Positions 50,141-64,000 of a stretch of DNA of 64,000 nt are shown piece after piece. Numbering within the stretch: the first letter of the stretch is position 1; every line of letters starts with the position of its first letter. Origin of the DNA: Ruditapes philippinarum (Eukaryota); NCBI RefSeq assembly GCF_026571515.1, contig NW_026863180.1, forward strand, positions 1-64,000, written 5' to 3'. The notes beneath the pieces were generated by a model. The model was not told the origin of the DNA. It worked only from the letters and a program-made list of their open reading frames with translations, and did no database searches. The position numbers were made by a program, and so were the translations under genes.

Positions 50141-51945
50141 TTGAAAACATAGCAAACTATGTAAGGTTATATAACAATAAAACAAGTTTATGATGTACTT
50201 GACTTTCGAATTCATTTACTTATAGCCTTCTATCCCCAAAAATATTTGAGACATGAACTCAACTGTTTCAACTTCCGCTTGTGAGCAATTTGTCGTAGAT
50301 GTTTTTGGAATACACGTTCAACAATTAAATTGTCCTACATAATCGCATTTATGGCATTAATAAAGTAAATGAATAATAAAGAACTGGTCCGTTACTATTA
50401 CTATAAGGGTAGGCTGTAAATATTGGGTAAAATATTTAAGGTAATCATCAGTACATGAAGTGTACACGTACAAAAAAACAACAAAGAAAAAAACAAAAAC
50501 ACTCGAGCATTCATTTAGAGATTGAAAAAAATAGTTTCCGTGCTCGTGGCTGACTTGCCCTGTAATTATAATGAAGAGCGTACATGATTATCATTGGTAT
50601 ATCAATAAAAAAAAAAGCTTCAGTACACAATTTTAGAAGAAGTGAATAGTTATAGTCTTAAGTTAATTTCGCTTGAGACTGCCTTTATATGAGAAAAATG
50701 CTTTAAAAATGGCTTATTAAACAAAAGTTGGTCAGTGATCTATATAATGACAGTGATTTATTTGTATGAATTGTATGAATTCTAGCTTTATCAAAGTTTT
50801 TAAATGTCGTTCCTGAAAACTTTACATTTAGAAAATTAACACTTTTTGTAAATCAAAACGAGGTGGGTGCTGAAAAAATACAACTTTTGCCAAGTCTGAA
50901 TATTCCAAAATATATACAAATTAATTGAGGTCGCTAATCCATACTAAATATAAAGTAGTCGTTATACAGCCTACAATTATAGATATATAGAAAAAAAAGT
51001 AGAAAAGAACGTTTATTATCGCATCCTGTGATTTTACAGCAAAACTTGATACATTATCAATTAGACATTTAGAATTCCTTTTCTAAATACACTTCATTTT
51101 TTGTGCAATTTAGCATCAAAATTTATATGTTTTACCATTTAAACCAGCAATTCAAACAATTCCTGTTACAGTATACCTTCATTGATGTGTATCTTCACAA
51201 TCCGCTGTTAATTGTTAATGTTTTACCGCATAAACTTGGAAAACTACACCTAATATGTACATTGAAAAAGGGTAAAAGCAGCATTGTACCCATACAGTGA
51301 ACAAAATCTTTGTTTTGCTCACTAGCGGAAGTACAATAACGTATGTAGTAGATACAGTCGGATGCAAAAAAATCCACGAGGAACCGTATGGGAATGGATT
51401 TAAAATCATGCAACGACCGCATCTATCGCAACATGGACCAGTGGTTGAACAGGTATAAATCAGTATTTTTAATCCGATAAATAAATGCAATTAAATAGTA
51501 CGTGTGCATCTTGGTGAACTATATTTTATCTAGGGGCCTAGATTTTAACTGAACTACCTCGGTTAAAATACAGGCCTTTAAATAAGAGTTTAAGAATGAT
51601 ATTTGTTTATTTTAGAAGGCGAATAGTTTTATAAACAATGTGTAATAGTCCTTTATTTTCAGTGTCATTTCCTTTCTGATTTTTTTCTGTCATTAGAAAA
51701 TGTATTTTTCTAAAAAAAAAATAAATGCAAATTTATTCACAAACGAATCTGTTATTATTAAACCCACAATATATATTTGCATCAATAAATACATTGATCC
51801 TGATTTTCAAAATAAGATTTAAAATAAATTGTCTGGCCTAAATGGGACTATATGACCATTATTTATAGGGAAGTGAATTAGTTAATGTGTATCAGTCGTT
51901 GGGTGTTATTATACTGTAACAGTAGTCGGATAGAAATTTGTCAAG

Positions 51946-54900
51946 ATGGCGGTAAATCCGGATCTACAAAAGGAAAGAGCAGCCGCAACCTTTGACACAG
52001 AGAAGCTTACTGCAGTTCTTTATGGCGGGAAGAAAATGGTGCAACGTCGAAGATATTTACGTGAGTTTTATCATGAACTTATTATTTATATAAATGGACG
52101 CTTTGTTTCTCTCGTGCAATATTACAGCCAATCAGAATCACGCTACTGCTAATAAAAGTGTTATTTGCTTTGATATAATTTATATTATTTCACACTTTAT
52201 GAAATTTGATAAATGCATTTTTAGCATTTGCATCACGTGGTGTTCAATTGGATCCATTTTGATCACTTTAGTCTCGTTTTTAGAATCCAAAAAGTCGATA
52301 TCAAATCCATATCGCACTCTATATAGCCACGTTTTGATTTTTTAGAGTCCAACATATCTATTAAATTCATATCATAGTCCATCCAAGAATTTTTAATCTC
52401 AAATATTTCTCGAGGGCAATAATAGTATAAGGAATATATCATTTTGTTAACATTGTTGATATAAAATAAAATAAATATGTGATTCTGAAAGCAATAAATT
52501 CGGAGTGGCTACACATTCTGAATCAACTTTAAATCATGACAAAAAACAACATAAGTGTGTTAGAGTAAGGAGACATGAGCTAAATTCAATATAAATTGAT
52601 AAAAAAAAAAACGAAATGATAACACATATTTGAAGTAGAAATTAATGATCTTCCACCGGAAATTGCGTCATACACAACGTGGTATGCTACCACATAAAAA
52701 TTATGACGGCAATCAAACTGCAAATGTCACCAAAGTTAGATGGAAATGTAATCTTATTTTTTACTTATTTTTAATTCACTTTTTAATCTATTTTCCTCAA
52801 GGCAATAGTTTCCGTCTTATCAGTATTAGATAAAGCACTGATAGGCCACCATAGCACAGTAAAAACTCTCTAAACCGGAAATGCGGATTCTCATTTGGCA
52901 ATTAAATTTACTATACGTACAATTTGTATAGCATGGCACTGCAGTAAAACCAAATCTTTTTGGATCACAGATTTACATTTATGCGCGAGAGTCCATAATG
53001 TGGTCTGTGATGCTTAGGAGCGGACGACAACCCGTTCAGTAGCTAGCCATAATTAATTCATTATTTTATGTATTGTATATAAAAAGTTGTATATTTCAGT
53101 ACAAACAATGGCATTTAACATTTTTCATATCTGATTGCAGACAATATTATTTTCGAGGACAAATACATGAACTCGTTCAAGCCATGGTGGAATCGATCCC
53201 GTATTGAACAATACGAAACTGCTATCAAGAAAGGGGCGTACATGAACAAACTGATCAAGGACCTGAACATAACTGATTTCTTGGAGCAAAGTTACCTCAA
53301 AGAGTGGGTGTATTATTGATATATTTATTATCTCAAAAATTAAGCGTATTATTGCTTTTTAATTACCTCATTTTTAATTATCTTAATGTGTAAGTGTATT
53401 ACTGTTCATTATTACCTCATAGAATAAGTGTATTTTATTACTTTAAAAGTGTCCATAAAATGAGACTTAGGTGTTAGATTATTTCTTAATTCATTTCCTA
53501 TTTATTAACAAACATTGTGTCATATCAGGGCTGGTTCCAATCACGAGGGGCAACCAATGGGTGTACACCAGTCTATGTTTATCCCTACAATCGAGAAGCT
53601 GGGTACTAACGAACAAAAAGCTAAATATTTGGAACCAGCCAAACAATTCAAGATCATAGGAACCTATGCTCAGACTGAGATCGGCCATGGTGAGTGTCAA
53701 CAGCTGGTACAAAATAATACAAGTTTCAACAAAATAAACATATTCTTTTTTATAATAACGGTGTTCCGTTAGGGCCATCACGTTTTCTTTGAAAACGGAA
53801 AGTCCGAAACATGACAGTTCGATGATAACAGTACAACAGTTCGATGGTGACAGTACTATGATGACAATACGGCAGTACGTACTGGCACCATCTTCCTGTC
53901 TTTCGCAATCATACTGTCGTATTAACACCATCATACTGTCGCACTGTCACTATCGTACTTTCAGGTTTAGCGCTTTTCGTTCTCAGAGAAAACGCGGAGC
54001 ACCGTATATAATTAATGAACAAATTTTTTTTCATTCATTCATCGTTCATAGATCGAGTTATATAATGAGAACTCTTGAAGGTTAAGTATATATCTTTATC
54101 AGCTAGGTTTTATTCATAACGTTTAGCTGAGACTTTTTGCCCTTAAAGCATCTATAAATAGATGAAACACGTATCTGTTCTTTTGCAACCTACCTTTAGG
54201 AACTTGTTTTCGTAATGTTTTGTAGGGTTTTTTTTATTATGTAATCAATTTGATTTTAGTTTGTTTGTTATAGTTTTTTGTTGTTGCTTTATTGGCTATC
54301 ATTTTCTTATTTAAATTTGACATGTACTTTTACACACAGGTTGTTTTTGCTCTTGCATACTGTAACAATGAGAGAATTTTCACTTTTATAAATATATATA
54401 AATGTTTTATTTTCAGGAACATATATTCGTGGTTTGGAAACAACGGCTACATATGACCCGCAGACAGAAGAGTTTGTTATTAACAGCCCAACAGTGTCAT
54501 CTATAAAATACTGGCCGGCTGCATGTATGTGACTTATGCTTTTCATTCATTGGTGTTGATTGGTTTTTGTTTTTTCTTGTTCTTGTCGGTGGTAGTATTG
54601 GTGTTTTCTTTTTGTTTATTTTCTTTGTCTCCTCCACCACCTCCTCCTCTTCCTCTCTTCCTCTCCTCTTCCTCCTATCTTCTTCTCCTCCTCTTCCTCG
54701 TCCTCCTTCTCGTCCTCCTCTCCTCCTACTCTTTCTCTCCTCCTCCTCCTCGTCCTCCTCTCCTCCTACNNNNNNNNNNNNNNNNNNNNNNNNNNNNNNN
54801 NNNNNNNNNNNNNNNNNNNNNNNNNNNNNNNNNNNNNNNNNNNNNNNNNNNNNNNNNNNNNNNNNNNNNNNNNNNNNNNNNNNNNNNNNNNNNNNNNNNN

Positions 54901-56328
54901 NTCCTCCTTCTTCTACTTCTTCATTATCTTCTTCTTCTTCCAATGGTCAAGAAAAATCTCCATATTCTTCTGACATACTTTTGCAACTTTGGGACAAGCT
55001 TTTCGTAAGAATATTCCTTCAATATTTCATTTTAAATTGACATTGTCATCTATGAATCCCGTTTAAATAGGCATGTGTTATCACATTATTGTTCAGTCTG
55101 TAATTGACTGTATTTTTATTTTAAAAGATCGGAATATTATTTTCAAAGCTTACTCATAACAAAAGTGGATACATTACCTTTTTTGCAAGGTGATAACAGC
55201 TGCTAGAAATGAAAGTTGTAAGACTGAGTTTGAAATCGCGAAAATTGATGACTTATTTTAAAATTGTTGTCACATTTACAGTGGGAAGCACGTGTAATCA
55301 CGTGGTATTGATGGCTCAGCTGTACAGCCGGGGTGTGTGTCACGGTATGCACGCTTTCATCTTGCAGATACGAAGTATGAAAGACCACAGAACGTTGCCA
55401 GGTTTGTCTTATTATCATATTTAAATCTAGAATCCAAACTATATTTGGGTGGTATGTAATTTGTAAATCAATTGTCATTATCGTGATGAAAATCGTACCA
55501 ACAATGAAAGAGTAATGCTTAATTAAGTTCTCTAAAGCGGAAGGATTTCATGCAAAATTGCTTCTAAACGTAACCCTAAAACTGTTGAATGTTGCGTTTT
55601 CCGCTTTCTGATGTAATCCACATTCTGCTGAAATCTTATCTGGATATGACTATCAGAATACAATGTGAATGAACAGTTTCCCTTTTGTTAATCAACATTT
55701 AACACCTAAATACATAACACTTATCCAGTGTCTAGTACTGTGAAATTATTTTTAAAAAAACCTCAGTAATAGGAAACGAGTATTTTTACAAAAACTAAGA
55801 AAAAAATTATTATGTTTTGCACTGATGAAGGCATATAGCCGAAACGTTTGCAATAAAAAATAATTACTGAATGTTCGTGTTTGTGTGGCTCGTCTGTTTA
55901 CTTTACAAAAACTAAGAGCAACGTTCATGCTGCGCTTTACAACGTTAAAGCCGTTTTTCCGACGTTTTAGCCGTTTTTTTCCGATGTTTTAGCCGCGCTT
56001 TGCAACGTTTTGCAATGTTTAAGTCGCGCTTTACAAGATACGCTTTTAAAGTAACTCTAAACATGTTTTTCTCTATATATAAACTTGAAGAAATCTTGAA
56101 GACGTCTAGTGCATATATAAAATATTTTCTGAACAATCGTTTCTATCTTTTAGGAATTTCTGCTGGAGATATAGGTAACAAAATTGGATTCAATGCAGTA
56201 GACAATGGCTTTTTGAAATTTGACAACGTCAGGGTTCCCAGAAATAGTTTGTTATCAAGATATGCTAAGGTATGAAGGTGAAGTTATAAACACCGTATTA
56301 ATTTCACTCTTGAACAGCACACTATTTC

Positions 56329-56361
<33 letters not shown>

Positions 56362-59300
56362 ATCTTTNNNNNNNNNNNNNNNNNNNNNNNNNNNNNNNNN
56401 NNNNNNNNNNNNNNNNNNNNNNNNNNNNNNNNNNNNNNNNNNNNNNNNNNNNNNNNNNNNNNNNNNNNNNNNNNNNNNNNNNNNNNNNNNNNNNNNNNNN
56501 NNNTAGAACGAGACGGTACATATATACCACCAGAAAATCCAAGAATCGCATATGGCACTATGGTGTTTATACGTTCACTCATTGTAGGCGCGTGTGCCAA
56601 GTCTCTGTCACAAGCCCTAGTTATAGCAACCAGATACAGTGCTGTGAGAAGACAGACAGAAATAAGACCGGGGTATGTTGAAAAAAAAAACATGATTTCC
56701 TTTAAAAAGAAAAGAAGATAAGCATTCAGTCTTGTAACTGTAAATAGTGACTTAAAATACATTTTTTGTCAAAACGTTTCAAATGGACCTGAATAAACAT
56801 TTTGATTGCCATTAAACGTTTTGTAACTAACTTTGGTAAGGAACCAATTTGAGCTATAACACAGAATTTGTAATTATTTAGGTACCATTACTTTTAGATT
56901 TTAAAATAAGCCAATCCGAGTTATTCAGACCCGCCGAATAACTGAAATTTGCTAAATAAACATGCCCGTTGTTAAATTTTATTTCTGTTGTTGCCTCCTT
57001 CGTTTTGTCGTTGTTTTTGTTGTGGCCGTTGCTTGTCTCAAACAATTATACGTGATAAAAGTAATTACAAAATAATTGTTTCCTTTCATTAAGTGGCGAG
57101 GAACCGCAAGTTATAGACTACCAAACACAGCAGGAGAAGTTGTTTCCCTTGTTGTCGTCTGCTTACGCCTTCCTTTTTAGCGGGACTGTGATGCTGAAAG
57201 AATATTTTAGAATAAATGCCGACATTGACAAAGGAATCCTAGACGAAATGGCCGCGGTAACAATTCAACTTAAGTTTACATTTTAGTTTATATTCATTTT
57301 ATATACCTTGTTGTTGTTGTGGTGGTGCTGACGGTGATTGTTTTGTGATTATTATAATAATTATTATTATTTCATGAAATATTTATTTTCATACCACTCG
57401 ATGAAAATAAATCATGTTTTCATAGAAAGACCTATTTTTCTGGCCCTTGCCAGAACTATTAAGTGTTGAGAGATTAGTACCGATCAAGCCAGTGCGAGGG
57501 GGCTTGAGAGATGTTGCACTTTTCCATTATCCCTCATGTACAGACTCAATCAAACCGAGTATATTTTTTAAATATAAGTATATTTTTCTTAAATTTGAGG
57601 TTTTTTTTGGTGTTTTTTTTTTTAAGAACTGGATATGTAGAATTAGAAATGAATGCAAGTAATGAAGTAATAAAAGCATTGACTTTAAATGTTATTTGTT
57701 ACAATAGCTACATGGGTTGGCCGCGGGGTTAAAAGCGTTTTCTGCAGAGGTCGCTAGCAACGGTGTAGATAAGTTACGTATGGCGTGTGGCGGCCACGGA
57801 TACACTCACGCCAGCGGAATCCCTAAAATCTGGACATATATGACACCAACATGTACTTATGAAGGCGAAAATACGGTCATGTATCTACAGTGTGCAAGGT
57901 GTGTATTTAAACTAGATTTTAAAGAAAATTACAACTTCATAGGTATTAGCTATAGTTATTTTAGAAACACGAAAAAAACAAAACACTTTTACAACTTCTT
58001 TATCCCTGGATGTAGTCTATGCTTTATGAGGGTCCATCCGCCTGGTAGGGCACAAAATGCAGCTTTCGCTGTCGAGTACAGACCCCGGACATGTCAACAG
58101 CCATGCCCTTTAAGAGTTAATTTAGAAGCACAAAGGGGTGATAATTTACCTCCATGCAATTTCGACGGAGTATTAGCAAAAGATCTGGATTTTGAGCCAA
58201 AAGTAGGTCACTGTATGGCGGTCAATGATAAACTAAATGTACAGTAACCTGAGACAATAATGAAAGGGTAGCCCTTAAAATTACTGTTGGTGTCAGCAAA
58301 AAGCCTACCGGTCATGCTGTCTATTTGTGCTAGGGGCTCACGCACCATAGCACACCATTCTTGTCGTCTTAGCTTACTTTCTAGGGTCATTCCCTGTACA
58401 AATTTCATTTTTCATTACATTTAAACAGTAACTCACATGCGCATAAGAATGTAAAATTATGTGTTATATTAAAAGACTAAATAGTGTCAGAGAAACAATG
58501 TGCAATACAACTAGAACGCTGAACATTATCTGCTTCTAATGTCGTAAATGTACTGCAATACGTACAGTGTACATATGCACAACATATAAAACTAAACTAC
58601 TGTTTTCCGGTGATTCTATATTGGTGAAATACCAATCTTACACAGAGCTCAGATCGACTTAAGTTATTTCTTGCCTTATGCGTAGCATTAATTAGGAGCT
58701 GATTTTAAACAGATTTGTGAAATACTAATTTGTAACATCTTTCTAGCAATCGAAACAAAACGTATTTATATCCTTATTTTTATCATTATATACATTAAAG
58801 AAAATGTGCGTTAAAATGCTAAAAAATATTTATCAAATACATGTATATATCATAGCTTCTAATCTTAGGTATTTAGTAAAACAGTATGCCCAGGCGGCCA
58901 GTGGACAGACACTTGTAGGATTTATGTCCTACCTCAACAATCCAGTCAAACAGAGAAGTTCCCTCAATGATTCCCTCAGTATGGTTGATTTGATTGAGGC
59001 ATATGAACATACGGCAGTCAGGTAAACGATAAATCTCCTACGTTTGCTTTGTATAAATCATATATCCATAGAAGAACAGAACAGAACAGAACATAATTCT
59101 ATTTTGGATTTGTACATAGTACATCCTCACTACAATATGAATACACACAATGTAAAAATGTGTTTTAGACGAGAAGGCAGCTACCTTAGTGTATTTATAC
59201 TGCTGAGAGGAGAAGGAATGTTGACCTTGATCATTTCGTTCGTCGTTGGTCAAAGTTCAATACCCAAAGAGGTCTTATAGCGTTACAAACGTGCAGTATT

Positions 59301-62300
59301 ATAAAGTTTTTTTTATAATACTGCACGTTTGTAACGTCGCTTTTCAATGAATAATCGTGGTGTTTATATAGTTATATATACACGACTACTGTCGAATAAT
59401 GAAGAAATCTTACATTTTCTCTAAAAAAAATATGCGTGCTGTATTATAAATTCGTTATAAAGATTGTTGACAGGATATATGGCCGTATATAAACGGCTGT
59501 TTGCAATATAACCCTCGCCTAGCGGCTCGGGTTATATTTACAAATAGCCATTTATATAGGGCCATATAACCTGTCAACGGTCTTTATAACTAATATATAC
59601 AGGGCTGCTGTCAATTTATGATGAAATCTCACTTTTTGTCAGAATGTTTGGTTCGAATTATATGCCTGTCACTTCCAACCAAGAAGTCCCTTTATCCTTT
59701 CATTTGAGGTCAGCCCAACAACCTTAATTTTTGTGTAGGTAAACAAGGGAGGTAAATAGTACAAGTACTATCGATACTATTTTGCACAGTTGTTTCCCCT
59801 GCAAATTAATAATTGATCTTTGATGTATTTGAACAAAGGTTAATTAAAGTGGCAGCATCTAAGATTCAGTCACTGGTAAAAGGTGGACTTCCTATTGAAG
59901 AGGCAAGAAATCGATGTGGAGTATCTTTGGTGGTGGCTGCAAAGGTAAGGCCTTTCATCGATTGTAAGATACAGAAGAAGACGGAAAATACCGATCTTTC
60001 TCTAACTTATGAATGAATGCATAACTAAAGATGTCGTTTTTTAATGATTTTGTTCTAAAAAGCTTAATAATTTGTTTTAATAAGTTTGACGCCATTTTTT
60101 GTTAGTTCATTGTTATAGTCCAGGAGAATCATTAGGTTTATTAACTATGATATGCTTTCATATTTGTCAGACTCAATTTTATTTTCAAAGTTTTAACAAG
60201 TATAAACAAATGATATCATTTATTTAATAAATGAAAGGAATATTCATTGAAATAAATTACAAATACAGGCTCACTGCCACGCGTTTGTGGTGAAACTTTT
60301 TGCGAGTGTCGTAAAACAACCGGAAATTGATCCTGCCGTGGCTCGAGTCCTGGTCACACTGTGCAAACTGTATGCGGTTTATGGAATCAACCAAAGACTA
60401 GGTGAATTTATGCAGGTATTTACGGTTGTATTCATGTATAATATATCTACTAAAACACGTAGAACATTGAAAAAAATCTGAAAATTTTTCTCCGGCCATA
60501 CTTTTGGCAGGGCACTTTTTTTTAGTTTTTTTTTCTATTGACTTCACCAAAAACTACTGTTTAGGTAAGATTATCCAATTTTGTAACGTTAAACTATTGC
60601 TGTTAGACTCTTCAGATAGGGTTTGCGAGTTCTATTTCCCACTTCTGCAATTGCAACCTATAAAGAGAACCGTTGTCAAATAATAAATTCTGAAAAAGGG
60701 GGAGATCCCTAGATATCAATGAAATCAATTTAGATTAAAAGGTGACAATTGTTGTAGATCTGTTCTATGCTAGTATGATGTTTTCAACATATTCATGCCT
60801 CTTAGCAATACTTTAAATTATATTCCATCGGTGTAAAAGATGCTTTAGTCAGTTTGACTATCCGTATGCCCACATTAATTTTTTGTTTATATTGATATGT
60901 GGAGAAGTTGACAACTTTTTGTGGAGAACAGGCTAACAAGTCTTATACTGGTTAGAAAATTTATGGAGACTGATGACATGAACTATTATATGAACATTTA
61001 ACTAGATATTTTTTTTTCTAATTCTTATAACTGTATGAATCTATCGGATATTATTTTGTCTTTTAGGACGGTTTCTTGGACGGTCGGCAAGCGGATATTA
61101 TCCTGAACAAAACCCTGACACTGTTTGCCGAGATCAGACCAAACGCTGTAGCTCTGGTTGACGCGTTTGATTATCCCGATCAAATCTTACAAAGTTGTCT
61201 TGGACGTTATGATGGAAACGTTTACGAGGCACTGTATGAATACGCCAAGACATCACCACTAAATGAAAAAGAGGTAAATAATATTATAAGAAATGATATA
61301 AAAAATAACAGACAAATTTGAAATTATTATTATTTGAAGGTATGATTAAGCACACAGTTGTGCAGTTACAGTTGTTAATGCATCCGGCTCAGCAGGACAA
61401 GTGCTAGGCGTGACTTCATGAGCTCGAGTGATGAGTAAGATACATTGGATTTGTTGTCCGCGTGGCCGAATGATTAAGATCGTTGACTTCAAACTACTTG
61501 CCCCTCACTGCTGTGTGTTAGAATTCCGACATGGAGTTCTCATTCTTTCATGTGAGAAAGTAATTCAGCTAGCTTTACAGAACGTCGGTGGTTCTATTCA
61601 GGTACTCGTTCGTGAAATAATGCACGGAAGCGTACATGAGGTCTTTCAAAAAGAAGTTTCAATAACATTCTTAACAAAAGTAGTTACTAGTATATTATAC
61701 ATTTATAAATGCGGCTTATATACCAAATTTAGTGACGTCATACATTAATGCGACACACATACCAAATTTTGTGACAGTATACATTTAAGCGGCACATATA
61801 CCAAATGAAGTGACGTCATACATTTATGCGGTACATTTACCAAATGTAGTGACGTCATAAATATACTTAATGCATTTATGTGGCACATATACGAAATGTA
61901 CACGTATGTGAGTGACGTCATACATGGATGTAACAAAATATATATGAGCCGCGTCATGACAAAACCAACATAATGGGTTTATGACCAGCATGGATCCAGA
62001 CCAGCCTGCGCATCCGCTCATATATGTAATACCAAATGTAATGAAAGCATACATTTACAAAGACCCGCTCTGTAAAGGTTGCGCTTAACATATAACTGTC
62101 CCTACGTTATGTAAATGTTTTAAAGTATTTTCAACATTACATGTGCTCTTTAAATATTAAGATATTTCAAATTGAGTTAAATGTGATTTAAGTGACACAG
62201 GTCAAGTTAACTAGCTAAGATGGTGGGATGAGAGGGCAAGGATCGTGGGTTCGAACCCTACTTGGATAACGATCAATGCTTCCAGATGTGACATACGTGT

Positions 62301-62702
62301 ATATCCTAGGAAACTAGTGCTGGGGTAGTTCAATCAAGCCGACTAGAGAGTAGTTCAAATAACCAACATAATGGGTTTACGACCAGCATGGATCCAGACC
62401 AGCCTGCGCATCCGCGCAGTCTGATCAGGATCCATGCTGTTCGCTTACAAACTCTATAACAAGTAGAGAAACTGATAGCGAACAGCATGGATCCTGATCA
62501 GACTGCGCGGGTGCGCAGGCTGGTCTGGATCCATGCTGGTCGCAAACCCATTATGTTGGTTTTGTCGTGACGCGGCTCAAATATGTTTCAACTTGTCGAG
62601 CAATACTTTCTGTTTCAGGTTCAAGACTCATATTATACCACACTAAAACCGCTGATGGAGGGAACGCTCAAGTTTGACGCTGCACCGCCTTCGAAGCTGT
62701 AG
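51946..62702 (+). CDS. ACOX1: Peroxisomal acyl-CoA oxidase 1-like, 14 coding exons
   Basis: Exons 51946-52060, 53141-53303, 53529-53689, 54417-54524, 55282-55401, 56154-56269, <56504-56672 (start in N gap), 57094-57256, 57708-57898, 58869-59021, 59839-59944, 60269-60415, 61067-61273, 62619-62702. Motifs [19 protein letters not shown], catalytic [15 protein letters not shown] and C-terminal PTS1 SKL*. Confidence 0.95.
54630..54945. repeat. (CCT/CTT)n simple repeat spanning the assembly gap 54770-54901
   Basis: Polypyrimidine trinucleotide runs on both sides of the Ns. Confidence 0.85.
55801..55901 (+). ncRNA. Minimal type-I hammerhead ribozyme motif in a short Penelope-like retroelement fragment
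   Basis: TTGCA-CTGATGA-A-GGC(ATATA)GCC-GAAA-CG-TT-TGCAA at 55817-55853, followed by AATAAA. The insert is flanked by the 16-bp direct repeat TTTACAAAAACTAAGA (55785-55800, 55902-55917). Confidence 0.8.
59281..59590. repeat. Two fold-back palindromes (MITE-like) in an ACOX intron
   Basis: Perfect 25-bp arms at 59281-59305 and 59312-59336. Imperfect ~60-bp arms across 59454-59590 around CTCGCCTAGCGGCTCG. Confidence 0.75.
61455..61650 (+). mobile_element. Diverged SINE (family of 15986-16267)
   Basis: CGTGGCCGAATGATTAAGATCGTTGACTTCAAACTACTTGCCCCTCAC...ATTCTTTCATGTGAG. Confidence 0.8.
61715..62060. repeat. ~39-bp degenerate tandem repeat carrying TGACGTCA palindromes, with a mini-MITE insertion (61946-62019)
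   Basis: Units of the form ATACCAAATNTAGTGACGTCATACATT; TGACGTCA at 61733, 61811, 61850 and 61913. Confidence 0.75.
62361..62578. mobile_element. Fold-back MITE (Sola-type), left end clipped
   Basis: Near-perfect inverted arms of the 24908 family; ends CGGCTC. Confidence 0.85.
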
Positions 62703-64000
62703 AATTAATTTCATTTATTTTTGTGTTATCATTGTTTAACAAAACGTTCTGTTTACATATTTGGTGCTGTTTTACTATTTAATAAAATATCGTGTTTTTA
62801 AAGTAACAAAGTTCATGAGACATTTGCACACACTTTATCAGATAACGATGCCTTTCATGAATCGCTGTTTGAAAAATGTTTATTTACTGTATGGGGGTGT
62901 AACAAGTTGCCACCAAAAAAAAATTAGGTTTTTCATGAATGATAGTCAGTACATTTGCAAACATACAACAAGTAATTGTGCATCATACATGTATAAAAAA
63001 AAATGACTTTCAGTTTATGATCATACTAAAAGTGATTGATAGTGGAATAGTTAAACGTGACGTTTTATTATACGTATATCATCCTCATGAATTTGTTTTA
63101 ATAAGACTCAACAACATGAAAACAAAAACAAGTTAAAGAGTATTACAATCGAACTTCAAATTAACCTCAAAGGAGAATTTAATGTAATCAATAAAACGAT
63201 CCAAGTTCGACATTACTTATATACTCAAATGTGGAAAAGAGAATTTCGGAGTTTTGTAAAACAGAATAAACACATATTGACAGTGACAATTCTAACCTGT
63301 GTATAAGATTACCCACAGATCAAAGGCCATTGTGAAGGGCCTGATATTTAGAAAAGTGCGCGGTTTAGATTTCTATGGATGGTGTAAATCCAGTTAAAAA
63401 CAAAAGTATTTGAAATATTGTTTATAAACAAAAAGGTTATAATCATATAATGTTTTGATAAGGCCGCGTGCATATGTCATGTACGTAAAATGACTTCAAT
63501 GATTGTTACTTATATTTATTGTTATACTTTATGAAAATTGATTGAAAGGTTTATAGGAAAATGCATGTTTTTCTATTACTATTATTTAAATTAAAGAGAA
63601 GAATTATGATGATTTTTGGCGAGCTAACACAGTCATTGGGACTTTTTTAAGATTATAAGTATGTAGCTCAAATATTCAAAGAATAGAGAGAGAGCTCATG
63701 CAAGCGTCGGTTTTGATCAGCTTTCATGTGCAGGTTGGTATCACTGTCCAAGGACCATAACTCTAGCATGGACTTTGACACAATTATGGCTCTTTTTGAA
63801 CGATATAATTATACTTTATCCAGGTTTCGAAAATTAAAAAAAAATCTTTGTAAAGTCAGTTTTTTTTAAAAATCTGCATCAAGCCAATATGTAAATGGTC
63901 CGTTATCACTTAAGCAGACGACAGTAACACAAAAGAAAATACATTCAGTATTAGACATGCATGCAAGCCAAATCCCCTCCCTTTTAAGTGTATAAAATGC

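Noticed and set aside
54497-55040. Glu/Arg-rich and Ser/Leu-rich ORFs
   Set aside because: Simple repeat plus assembly gap inside an ACOX intron.
57990-58410. GC-richer intronic segment extending the 57717 ORF
   Set aside because: The ACOX exon ends at the GT donor after 57898; the remainder shows no recognisable motif in the frames I read and is probably an unidentified repeat.

Overview
AT-rich, intron-rich animal genomic DNA with three short N gaps. It is probably a bivalve mollusc, inferred only from the repeat types. Host genes: (i) a convergent, inverted pair of paralogous CABIT-like + Pro/Tyr-rich + SAM adaptor genes (+ strand 273-3848, 5' end outside the window; - strand 24024-19280, 5 coding exons, 509 aa); (ii) a 4-exon gene for a 308-aa secreted, possibly GPI-anchored protein with two 4-Cys ZP-N-like modules (40336-49340); (iii) a 14-exon peroxisomal acyl-CoA oxidase (ACOX1-like, 51946-62702, ends in SKL). 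Mobile DNA dominates the rest. A complete Ty3/Gypsy element (6496-17787, -) has 1.4-kb LTRs, an ATAT TSD, a tRNA-Leu PBS, a PPT, a UUUAAAC + pseudoknot -1 gag/pol frameshift, and an intact third ORF in the env position that encodes a C2H2 zinc-finger/coiled-coil protein. An 11.3-kb Ginger-like TIR transposon (25650-36965, TGT..ACA ends, apparent 7-bp TSD) carries a decayed transposase fused to an OTU protease, an acidic repeat and an F-box-like motif. Also present: a Tc1 > hAT5 > MITE nest, a CR1 remnant, Helentron-type elements, several SINE and MITE families, and a TSD-flanked minimal hammerhead ribozyme in an ACOX intron. The strongest candidates for novelty are the integrase-OTU-F-box transposon and the zinc-finger ORF3 Gypsy element. 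All calls were made by eye and none is database-verified.
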